Source of the DNA: an uncultured virus (IMG/VR IMGVR_UViG_2061766007_001711)
Taxonomy: Duplodnaviria > Heunggongvirae > Uroviricota > Caudoviricetes
DNA length: 21,905 bases
Reading direction: 5' to 3' (one strand)
IMG/VR virus record: IMGVR_UViG_2061766007_001711
In this document: piece by piece, positions 1 through 7,145 of the stretch
Layout: every line of letters starts with the position of its first letter
Position numbering within the stretch: the first letter of the stretch is position 1
The notes under the pieces: model-generated
What the model saw: the letters and a program-made list of their open reading frames with translations, nothing else
Told to the model about the DNA's origin: nothing
Database searches by the model: none
Made by a program: the position numbers and the translations under genes

Positions 1-70
1 TACGGCACTTAAATCCTTTGCCACATACTAAAGCGTACTGGCATAATGTACATGGACTAGGCTTATTCAC
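1..70 (-). CDS. Small Cys-rich protein, runs off the window edge (MNKPSPCTLCQYALVCGKGFKCR...)
   Basis: GTG start overlaps the upstream TGA (GTGA), with GGAGG 5 nt upstream; CxxC...C...C pattern. Not in the ORF track. Confidence 0.5.
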   Translation of the reverse strand, partial: MNKPSPCTLCQYALVCGKGFKCR

Positions 71-147
71 CAATGCCTCCAAATATTTACAAGGTTAAGA
101 ATACATAATGCAATATTGCCGATAGCTCCGATCATAGTCCAATTCAC
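67..147 (-). CDS. 26-aa hydrophobic peptide (MNWTMIGAIGNIALCILNLVNIWRHW)
   Basis: GTGA overlaps at both ends; one TM-like stretch. Confidence 0.4.
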   Translation of the reverse strand: MNWTMIGAIGNIALCILNLVNIWRHW

Positions 148-293
148 GGTAGTTTGTCCTTCATTATGGAATTGAAAATGTTCTTGGTTTCTTCATCGGA
201 TAGTGCAGCACTTTCGATGACGGTGCTCTGCCCAAGCTTGTACGACTTGTACACAACGATATATCCACCAATGCATGCCATTTGTGTTCTCAT
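144..293 (-). CDS. 49-aa hypothetical protein (MRTQMACIGG...KDKLP)
   Basis: ATG overlaps the upstream TAA (TAATG) and the stop overlaps the next GTG. Confidence 0.5.
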   Translation of the reverse strand: MRTQMACIGGYIVVYKSYKLGQSTVIESAALSDEETKNIFNSIMKDKLP

Positions 294-812
294 TAGCAGA
301 TCTCCATGTACTGGTCATTCTTGCTATATGGAATTTCGTATTGGCGAATAGAATCGCCCAGGAACTTTTCAAGCAACGTTGAACTATTGAACGTTCTAAA
401 CATGCAATTGTCAAGCATAATGCCAGTCTTGCTCTTGAGTTTCCTGGACACCGCGTCAAGTTCATCCAGTCGCTCTTTCAAACGTCTGATAAGNNNNNNN
501 NNNGAACTTTTCGACACCGCCGATTTCATTGAGCCTAGACTGCGAGAGTTTTGCTCCAATAATACGCTCGTCGGCATCAAGTCCGTCCAGCGGCATACTT
601 TCAGGCGAACAGTTCTTAGACCGTGGAATAAGCCTGAAGTCTCCGTTACGATTGCGATATACAAAGTCACGGATGTATTCGATTTGTGTATCGTCGAATG
701 TGAGCTTCGAACGCACAGGTTGACGATCACCGAATGCTGCAAGTACATCTGCATCTGCGACTGGCAGTGATACATATACGTCAAGAACTTCACGTTGTGT
801 AGCAGATTTTGC
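293..812 (-). CDS. C-terminal fragments of a larger protein (504-812 and 293-493, split by a 10-N gap), possibly the end of the primase-helicase gene
   Basis: Open frames AKSATQRE...GVEKF and LIRRLKERL...YMEIC*. The frame changes across the gap. Confidence 0.5.
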
Positions 813-999
813 NNNNNNNNNNNNNNNNNNNNNNNNNNNNNNNNNNNNNNNNNNNNNNNNNNNNNNNNNNNNNNNNNNNNNNNNNNNNNNNNNNNNNNNN
901 NNNNNNNNNNNNNNNNNNNNNNNNNNNNNNNNNNNNNNNNNNNNNNNNNNNNNNNNNNNNNNNNNNNNNNNNNNNNNNNNNNNNNNNNNNNNNNNNNNN

Positions 1000-1215
1000 G
1001 CCACTATCTTCAAAATAGATATACCTATTCGACGAGATAACAAAGTTTTGATACGTATCTGCAACGATCGGATCTACGCCTTTGCCTTCGTACTGAAAAC
1101 GATCTCGGCCAGTCATCGACTTCATTATGCCTTGAAGCTGGTCATTAACGCCGCTAGCTTCGAATTCAGATATGGACACGAGCCGTTTGCCCATAAGAGA
1201 CATTGTGAAGCGAAG
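1000..1215 (-). CDS. D5/P4-family primase-helicase (SF3 ATPase), internal fragment
   Basis: RFTMSLMGKRLVSISE (Walker B region), KSMTGRD...EGKG and FVISSN (motif C) resemble phage/plasmid primase-helicase C-terminal domains. Bounded by gaps. Confidence 0.75.
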
Positions 1216-1225
1216 NNNNNNNNNN

Positions 1226-1299
1226 ATAGGGTTGCCTCCTTTTCCCTAACGGGCGCAGGAGGCGGGCGCCCTCCCCGGTAACGGAGAACATCCCGGGTA
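1226..1299 (-). promoter_or_regulatory. Structured intergenic leader with RBS (AAGGAGG) for a gene lost in the gap
   Basis: Three hairpins on the minus strand. AGGAGG is followed by 7 nt and then AT at the gap edge. Confidence 0.55.
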
Positions 1300-1827
1300 C
1301 TACTTGATGCTCAACGTGCGCTCCTTCGCCTTCGCGCAGATGTACGCGGGGTAAAGTTCCATGAGCTTCTCGCCCGTCATGCCTGCCGCCTTCGAGATGT
1401 TCGCCACCGTGAGGAGCTGGACGAGCTGTTCCACGGTCACGAGGTTCTTCGCGATGAGGTCCTGGACCACCTGGAACGGCCCCGCGTCGTCCTGCCACTC
1501 GTAGGTGTAGGATTGCTTGCTCCACGACACCTTGAGTTCCTTGGAATCAGGCAGGTCCTCCCATCCGCCCACGTTCCACGCGTGCTTCATGCACTCCTTG
1601 ATGGATTTCGCGGCGGCTTCGAAGAACCTGCGGAGCGCGTCGAGGTCGCGCCACCCCTCGCCCTTGGCGTTTCGGGCCGAAATGAAGTCGGCCTCTTCGC
1701 CGCTTCCGGGTTCCAGCTCCATGCCTGCGGTGCGGGACGCGAAATCGTACGCGGCGAGCGCGGCGGGTGTCGCGGGTATCGTCTTGAATTCGTCCGGGTG
1801 GATGATCGTCACTTCCTTCGTAGCCAT
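1300..1827 (-). CDS. Hypothetical phage protein, 175 aa
   Basis: AAGGAGG RBS; 3 nt from the upstream stop; codon usage matches the phage. Confidence 0.85.
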   Translation of the reverse strand: MATKEVTIIHPDEFKTIPATPAALAAYDFASRTAGMELEPGSGEEADFISARNAKGEGWRDLDALRRFFEAAAKSIKECMKHAWNVGGWEDLPDSKELKVSWSKQSYTYEWQDDAGPFQVVQDLIAKNLVTVEQLVQLLTVANISKAAGMTGEKLMELYPAYICAKAKERTLSIK

Positions 1828-1830
1828 TTT

Positions 1831-2658
1831 CTAGCCCTCCTTCGTTGCGCCGACGACGGCGTTGTTCACTGCGGTGTAGATTGCCTGCCTGCGTTCCGGC
1901 GGGACGTCGCCCGCGGATTCGAAGCCGAGCTTGCCCATGGCGTCCATGTAGGCTTGGCGGTTCTGCCGCGCGAGCTTCTTCATGGCGTTGAGGAAGTTCC
2001 GCGTATCGGAGTCCACCTCCTCGGCTTCCACGGCGTTCTGCGCCGTTTCCGTGCGCTGTGCGGACGTTTCTTCGGCCTGCGGTACTTCGGCATGGTTTTC
2101 GACTTGCGTGGCGTCAGTGGCCGTTTCCTGCGTTTCCGCGAACACCTCCTCGCTTTCCGCGAATTCAGGCACGGAGCCGCCCTTCGGCGTGAAGTCGGAC
2201 ACCTCCTCCGGCGTGTACATTCCGCAGAGGCAGGCCGGGTAGAGTGCGCGCACCCCCTCGGACACGCAACGCGCCGAGAGCATCTGCGTCGGGTACTGCT
2301 TCCACGTCTGCTTGCCGGTGAGCCCTGCGGCCTGCGCCCTCGCCATCGTCCACGTCACGTCGAGCTCCCCGCCCTGCGGGTGTTCGAGATGAAGGGTGCA
2401 TTCCTTGTCGGTACGCTTGACCCAGCGCACCTTTCCGCCTGATTCCTGGAAGGCGGCGAGCATGGCGTCGGCCTTCATCGCGGGGCGCCCCTGTATGATG
2501 TGGTAGCGCTCGGCGGCTTTCGCGGGGTGGAGACCGTTCGCCTGCGCGAGGCACATCAGGGTGAAGGCTTCGGAGCTGTTCTTGTAGCTGAAGAAGCCGG
2601 ATTTCGCAAAAGCCACGGACATGTTCGTCATGTCATGGATGGTGATTTCGTTAGCCAT
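1831..2658 (-). CDS. recT: RecT-like single-strand annealing protein
   Basis: GLHP..A..YHIIQGRPAMKADAM and TWTMARAQAAGL..K.TWKQYP.QML.AR.VS..R.LYP motifs, an acidic linker and a small helical C-terminal domain; AAGGAG RBS. Confidence 0.75.
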   Translation of the reverse strand: MANEITIHDMTNMSVAFAKSGFFSYKNSSEAFTLMCLAQANGLHPAKAAERYHIIQGRPAMKADAMLAAFQESGGKVRWVKRTDKECTLHLEHPQGGELDVTWTMARAQAAGLTGKQTWKQYPTQMLSARCVSEGVRALYPACLCGMYTPEEVSDFTPKGGSVPEFAESEEVFAETQETATDATQVENHAEVPQAEETSAQRTETAQNAVEAEEVDSDTRNFLNAMKKLARQNRQAYMDAMGKLGFESAGDVPPERRQAIYTAVNNAVVGATKEG

Positions 2659-2914
2659 GGTTTTCTCCTTGTTGTAGGTTGTTAAGTTCCGCGAGCTCCT
2701 TCTTGAGCTCCGCTTCGCGCTTCACGTTGTTGTCGTAGATACCCGTCCAGATTTCGAACTTGTCGAAGTGGCTCATGGACTCGTCGTCGAGCTTGCCTTC
2801 CCTGCCCTTGACAATTTTCGCGAGCCGTGTGGCGCGACGGATGGCAATCTTCGCCGCCGCCGCTGCGCCCTCGTGCGCGATCGTGATGTTGAATTCCAGT
2901 TCCTCCGCAGTCAT
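2651..2914 (-). CDS. Hypothetical protein, 87 aa
   Basis: AGGAGG RBS; overlaps the recT start. Confidence 0.8.
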   Translation of the reverse strand: MTAEELEFNITIAHEGAAAAAKIAIRRATRLAKIVKGREGKLDDESMSHFDKFEIWTGIYDNNVKREAELKKELAELNNLQQGENHG

Positions 2915-2925
2915 TTTTACGCCTC

Positions 2926-3147
2926 CTAGCCGTTGAGCACGTCCTCGAATTCCTCGTTCATGGCGCGCGCGAGGTCGGCCTTGATGGCCATCACCTTCTT
3001 CTTCTTCGATTCGTATGCGAGGATTTGCGCGTCGCTCGGGTTCTTGCCGAGGAGCACGCGTTCCACGATGTTCACAGCGAGGTTTTGCAGGTCGCGCACC
3101 GCGTTCTCGTGCGCCCGCTCCAGCATCCTCAAGTCGTCCATAGTCAT
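2926..3147 (-). CDS. Hypothetical helical protein, 73 aa (MTMDDLRM...)
   Basis: GGAG RBS upstream of the ATG at 3147, preferred over the track start at 3195. Confidence 0.75.
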   Translation of the reverse strand: MTMDDLRMLERAHENAVRDLQNLAVNIVERVLLGKNPSDAQILAYESKKKKVMAIKADLARAMNEEFEDVLNG

Positions 3148-3182
3148 GATGTTTTCTCCGTTGTTGTTAGTGTTAGGTTTTG

Positions 3183-3716
3183 TTAGAAGTTCCACTCGGA
3201 TTCCGGCACGTTCGCCTTTATTCCGAGCTTTTCCATATTAGCGTGGGTGTATTTGAGCGTGTCCATGAAATTTTTTATCCATCCTCGCTGGTAGTCCACC
3301 ATCTCGCGGTTCTTCGGGTCGGCCTCGAATTCCTTCGCGTAGGACTTCGCCTCTTCCAAGTCCATAAACGGGAATGTTCCCGCGATTCGTTGCGTCGCCA
3401 TCATGTACTTCGTCTCCGCTGCCGTGGCAATCTTGCTTCCGGGGTGAGAAATCCTAGGCGTATCGCTCGGTATCTGCATGTAGGCGCGGTGTTCGGCGCG
3501 GAAATTGTTCAAGGCTTCGTTCAGGACGCGCTGCGTCGGTACGTCGGCCATCATGCGCGCCTTCTTGAAGCTCTCGTGGACTTCCTCCACGTCCGAGAAC
3601 TTGAGCGCGTCCATCAATGCGGCGGCGACGATTGCCACCGTGGTCGGGACTACGCGCCCCGCCTGGGTGTACGAGAGCACCAGCTCGTCGTGGATGGCCT
3701 GGAGAATCTTATCCAT
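3183..3716 (-). CDS. Possible helicase loader/inhibitor-like protein, 177 aa
   Basis: Coupled directly downstream of the initiator-like gene. The N-terminal helical pattern (AALMDALKFSDVEEVHESFKKA...VPT) resembles phage loader domains; the function is inferred. Confidence 0.45.
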   Translation of the reverse strand: MDKILQAIHDELVLSYTQAGRVVPTTVAIVAAALMDALKFSDVEEVHESFKKARMMADVPTQRVLNEALNNFRAEHRAYMQIPSDTPRISHPGSKIATAAETKYMMATQRIAGTFPFMDLEEAKSYAKEFEADPKNREMVDYQRGWIKNFMDTLKYTHANMEKLGIKANVPESEWNF

Positions 3717-4416
3717 GGCGGCGTTCCTCCATTATGCGGTTGAGGACTTGCTGGGATTGTTCGTAGTTCCGGCGCGAGATTTCATCGGTGGTTAGGAACT
3801 TCTGCTTCGGCGCGGCTTCCTCGGAATGGCGGCGCGACCAGTTGAGGAGCGTGGCGTAGTGGCTCTTGTAGCGCCTGCCGCTCGAGGCGAGGTACTGCGA
3901 GAGCTCCTCGATCAATTCCGCGGCGTTGTCCACCTTCTCGTATAGCCGGAGCTGTTCTTCCTCGGTCAGCATGACGTTGTGGAATTCGCCGTACGGCAGC
4001 TTCCTCGGGGCCTTCGTTGCGACAATAGCTGTCGATGGTTCTTCCTCGGGGCCTTCGTCCGCCACTGGTTCCGGTTCCTGGAACGCCACGCGCTGTTCCT
4101 TCATGGCGAGCGTGTACTTCACGGAGTCGTACTTCATTCCGTACTTCTTCTGCATCCACCCGTCGAGAGCATCCTCGTCCGCGCCTTCCCCGACGGCCTT
4201 CACGGCGGCGGCTCGCATCTTGATTAGCGACTGTTGCGCCTTGAATTCCCCGGCCTCGTTGACGAGCGAAGCGGCGAGCGGTTCGGCGTCCGGGTTGGCG
4301 CCCTCGAAAAGGAGGGTGTCTGCGAACGAGCGGAGCCACGCTGCGGCCTTCTTGTCGTCGTTTCCGAACGTGCGGACGTGTAGAGCGAACTGCACGGTGT
4401 CGAGCTGGACCTTCAT
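3709..4416 (-). CDS. Phage replication initiator / replisome-organizer-like protein, 235 aa
   Basis: C-terminal YGEFHNVMLTEEE...IEELSQYLASSGRRYKSHYATLLNW motif typical of phage replication proteins; AGGAGG RBS. Confidence 0.7.
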   Translation of the reverse strand: MKVQLDTVQFALHVRTFGNDDKKAAAWLRSFADTLLFEGANPDAEPLAASLVNEAGEFKAQQSLIKMRAAAVKAVGEGADEDALDGWMQKKYGMKYDSVKYTLAMKEQRVAFQEPEPVADEGPEEEPSTAIVATKAPRKLPYGEFHNVMLTEEEQLRLYEKVDNAAELIEELSQYLASSGRRYKSHYATLLNWSRRHSEEAAPKQKFLTTDEISRRNYEQSQQVLNRIMEERRHG

Positions 4417-4620
4417 CTACGCCTCCTGGGCGTTGAAGTTCCCTTCCAGCTTCGCGAGGATGTCACCCGCGATCTGGTGCTGGCGCATCGATGCGTACAT
4501 CTGCATCTCGTCGCCCTTTCGTGCGTTTTCCTTGGCTTTGGCCTCGTAACCGTCGCGCGCCATTTTTACGGCGTTGACGAGTAGTGCCTTTTCTTCTATC
4601 TTGAATCTGTAACCAGCCAT
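4417..4620 (-). CDS. Hypothetical protein, 67 aa, first gene of the leftward operon
   Basis: AAAGGA RBS; the stop abuts the next ATG. Confidence 0.8.
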   Translation of the reverse strand: MAGYRFKIEEKALLVNAVKMARDGYEAKAKENARKGDEMQMYASMRQHQIAGDILAKLEGNFNAQEA

Positions 4621-4669
4621 TTTTTCATCCTTTGGCTGGTCGATAGAGTGCAGACTTTTTGGTTTAAAT

Positions 4670-4699
4670 ATTCTACATTATTGGCAATCAGCCTGACAA
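4670..4699 (-). promoter_or_regulatory. Putative leftward sigma70-type promoter
   Basis: TTGTCA-N18-TAGAAT on the minus strand in AT-rich DNA, about 50 nt upstream of the 4620 start. Confidence 0.45.
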
Positions 4700-4817
4700 T
4701 AATATAACATCTTTTTGTCAATAATGCGAGATTTTTTTGTAAAATATTTGTTTACGTTTGAAAGATAGTTTACGATAATCGGCAGAAAAGGGCATTTTTT
4801 CACAAATGTGGCACAAT

Positions 4818-4848
4818 AGTGACACAAAAGTAAAAGAATAGTGTCACT
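4818..4848. promoter_or_regulatory. Inverted repeat AGTGACAC-N15-GTGTCACT (putative protein-binding site)
   Basis: Perfect 8-bp arms; related motifs at 4694-4720, 5316-5334 and 13405-13442. Confidence 0.5.
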
Positions 4849-4853
4849 TCGCC

Positions 4854-4895
4854 TGTAATGTAATGTAGTGTTTATAAACATTACATTACATTACA
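4854..4895. repeat. 42-bp palindrome (one mismatch) built of TGTAA/TTACA pentamers
   Basis: TGTAATGTAATGTAGTGTTTA|TAAACATTACATTACATTACA. Confidence 0.9.
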
Positions 4896-4978
4896 CTNNN
4901 NNNNNNNNNNNNNNNNNNNNNNNNNTTGAGGAAGAACGCGCGCGCGATGGATGCTTACGCATTTTTTAGGAGGCCTGC

Positions 4979-5317
4979 ATGAAACGAAAGCAAAAATTCA
5001 CCGACAAGTACGGATGGCTCGTGCGCCGCGCTGCCGCCGTCCTGACATTCTCCGTCGTAGCACCGTCCGTCGTGCTCGCCTCCGTCTGGTGGATGCTCCC
5101 CAGGTTCGGTTCACTCTCCACCTGGCTCGCCGACCTCGCACTCATGGAAGCCTGCATCATCCTCGAGATCAAGGCGGACAAGACCGACAACGCGGAGCCG
5201 GTACGCATTTGGCCCGTAATCCTGGACACGTCCATACTCTCCGCTTCCGTCGCCTCGATGGGCCTCGTCATGGTGTTCGGGGCTTTAGGCCTCTTGTCAA
5301 TCATTTACGGAAATTAG
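4979..5317 (+). CDS. Membrane protein, 112 aa, 2-3 TM segments (holin- or exclusion-like, unproven)
   Basis: AGGAGG RBS, a basic N-terminus and long hydrophobic stretches. Confidence 0.75.
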   Translation: MKRKQKFTDKYGWLVRRAAAVLTFSVVAPSVVLASVWWMLPRFGSLSTWLADLALMEACIILEIKADKTDNAEPVRIWPVILDTSILSASVASMGLVMVFGALGLLSIIYGN

Positions 5318-5438
5318 TGACATTTTCCGTCACTGCCTGTTGCGCGTCCGCTAAAAAAATTGTATATTCCGTGTAATCGCTAACTAGGACTACGTCTCCC
5401 TGCCGCTCTGTCGGCGGGGATTCGTCNNNNNNNNNNCA

Positions 5439-5501
5439 TTCGCCGCCGTGTTCGCATTCGTCGGCCTGATGGTGTTCCTCAAGCAGACATTCCTCGATTA
5501 G
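5439..5501 (+). CDS. 3' end of an alternative membrane-protein gene (FAAVFAFVGLMVFLKQTFLD*)
   Basis: Hydrophobic open frame ending at the TAG equivalent to 5315-5317. Confidence 0.55.
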   Translation, partial: FAAVFAFVGLMVFLKQTFLD

Positions 5502-5523
5502 TGACATTTTCCGTCACTGCCTG

Positions 5524-5552
5524 TTGCGCGTCCGCCAAAAAAATTGTATATT
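5524..5552 (+). promoter_or_regulatory. Putative rightward promoter TTGCGC-N17-TATATT (allelic copy 5340-5368)
   Basis: 17-nt spacing; AGTGAC-N7-GTCACT inverted repeat just upstream. Confidence 0.55.
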
Positions 5553-5580
5553 CCGAGTAGTCGCTAACTAGGACTACGTC

Positions 5581-5615
5581 TCCCTGCCGCTCTGTCGGCG
5601 GGGATTCGTCGTTTT
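5581..5615 (+). terminator. Terminator-like GC hairpin
   Basis: TCCCTGCCG-CTCTGT-CGGCGGGGA followed by TTCGTCGTTTT (imperfect U-tract). Confidence 0.45.
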
Positions 5616-5734
5616 AGGGCGTTTAATATTACATATACCGAACACGCGCGCTTCCAGTCACTGCACTTTTATGTCATTTTCTGTCACTTTTTCTTAAAAA
5701 TCCGTAAGTTACTACAACTTTCAAGAGGTGGACC

Positions 5735-5890
5735 ATGCCATTGACCCTTAAAGACCACGAGAAACGCATCCAGGAGCTCGAAAAGACCATCGCCCTACTC
5801 CAAGTACGGCTGGACGAAATCGGGCCGCAGAACGCACGCAACGCGAAAACGGAAACGCCGCCCCCTAAAGACCGCATCGTGTTCCGTTGA
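5735..5890 (+). CDS. 51-aa coiled-coil protein (MPLTLKDHEKRIQELEKTIALLQVRLDEIG...)
   Basis: AAGAGGTG RBS, heptad pattern, and a stop overlapping the next RBS. Below the track length cutoff. Confidence 0.75.
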   Translation: MPLTLKDHEKRIQELEKTIALLQVRLDEIGPQNARNAKTETPPPKDRIVFR

Positions 5891-5900
5891 GGAGGTGAAC

Positions 5901-7142
5901 ATGGCTAAATCACACGAAATCACACGGACCGACAATTCGCATAAATTGAGCGCAGACAAGATCGTCATGCTCCCGGTTTCCGAGGTCCGACCATACGAGA
6001 AAAACCCGCGAAAGAACGCCGACGCAGTTAAGTTCGTCAAGGCATCCATCGAGCAGTTCGGATTCAAGGTTCCAATCATCGTCGATTCTAACCGCGTCAT
6101 CGTCTGCGGCCACACGCGACTGATGGCGGCGAAGTCGCTCGGCATGATCGAAGTCCCCTGCATCTTTGCCGACGACCTGACCGACGACCAGATAAAGGCA
6201 TTTCGTCTCGCCGACAACAAGGTGGGCGAATTCGCGGAGTGGGACATGGACATGCTGGGAGACGAGCTTGACGCCATCGCGGACGCGTGCGACATCGACA
6301 TGGGTGAGTTCGGTTTCGACTTGTCCGACGAAGAAGAAACGGAAGTCGTGGAAGATGAAGTCCCGGAGGAAGTCGAGCCTATCTGCAAGAAGGGCGAGAT
6401 TTGGCAGCTGTGCGAACATAGGCTCATGTGCGGCGATTCAACAAGTTCTGATGATGTATCAAAGTTAATGAATGGCGAAATTGCAGATATTGCTTTTACA
6501 TCGCCACCATATAACGCTGGACAAACGCCGACAGAAGTAAAGATGGGCAAAAGGACAAAGTATAATGGCAACGAAGATGATAAAGACGAAGATAATTATA
6601 CAGAATTTCTTTGCAAATATCTTGAAAATACATTAAATAATAGTAAATATTCATTTATGAATATTCAATCATTAAGCAATAATAAAAAAAGTATTATTGA
6701 TTTAATGTATAAATTTAGAAATCAATTTTGCGATACTATTATTTGGGATAAAACAGGTTCACAGCCAGCAATGGCAAATAATGTACTTAATAGTGAATTT
6801 GAATATATACATATATTTGGTGGTAATGCTTCAAGAGCTATAGGAACAATTCCTTTTCGCGGAACTATATCAAATATATTGCATTTAGCGGCACAAAGAA
6901 AAAACGAATTTTCAAAAATTCATAACGCCACATTTAGTGTTGATTTTGCGGCATACTTTGTGAAAAATTTTGCTAAAGAATCCGTATTGGATTTGTTTGG
7001 CGGAACAGGAACAACGCTTATAGCTTGCGAACAATTAGGCCGCAAGTGCCGCATGATGGAACTCGAACCGCACTATTGCGACGTGATTATTGCGCGATGG
7101 GAAAATTTCACCGGGCAGAAGGCCGTGAAGCTGGAGGGTTAG
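5901..7142 (+). CDS. ParB/Srx-like N-terminal domain fused to a beta-class amino (N4C/N6A) DNA methyltransferase
   Basis: PYEKNPR...SIEQFGFKVPIIVD...GHTRL..A (ParB-like); HRLMCGDS; TSPPY (motif IV) before VLDLFGGTGTT (motif I); GAGGAGG RBS. Confidence 0.92.
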   Translation: MAKSHEITRTDNSHKLSADKIVMLPVSEVRPYEKNPRKNADAVKFVKASIEQFGFKVPIIVDSNRVIVCGHTRLMAAKSLGMIEVPCIFADDLTDDQIKAFRLADNKVGEFAEWDMDMLGDELDAIADACDIDMGEFGFDLSDEEETEVVEDEVPEEVEPICKKGEIWQLCEHRLMCGDSTSSDDVSKLMNGEIADIAFTSPPYNAGQTPTEVKMGKRTKYNGNEDDKDEDNYTEFLCKYLENTLNNSKYSFMNIQSLSNNKKSIIDLMYKFRNQFCDTIIWDKTGSQPAMANNVLNSEFEYIHIFGGNASRAIGTIPFRGTISNILHLAAQRKNEFSKIHNATFSVDFAAYFVKNFAKESVLDLFGGTGTTLIACEQLGRKCRMMELEPHYCDVIIARWENFTGQKAVKLEG

Positions 7143-7145
7143 CCA

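Larger units (their letters stand above)
5313..5610 (+). repeat. 114-bp near-identical copies (5313-5426 and 5497-5610; 3 SNPs), allelic assembly bubble
   Basis: Direct comparison; the copies are separated by a 10-N join. Confidence 0.85.

Noticed and set aside
1513..4549. Long plus-strand ORFs (1513-2442, 3180-3743, 3926-4549) and minus-strand ORFs over the late genes
   Set aside because: Antisense shadows of GC3-rich genes, with no RBS or recognisable motifs.
4678..4881. 67-aa minus-strand ORF in the control region
   Set aside because: Runs through the palindrome and promoter motifs, has no RBS and has atypical codon usage.
4854..4895. Firm call of a linear plasmid-prophage telomere
   Set aside because: No protelomerase or ParA/ParB partition locus in the window; the ParB-like domain here is the methyltransferase-fused type.
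5901..7142. Restriction-modification or host defence system
   Set aside because: No cognate endonuclease; the context is an orphan phage methyltransferase before the terminase.
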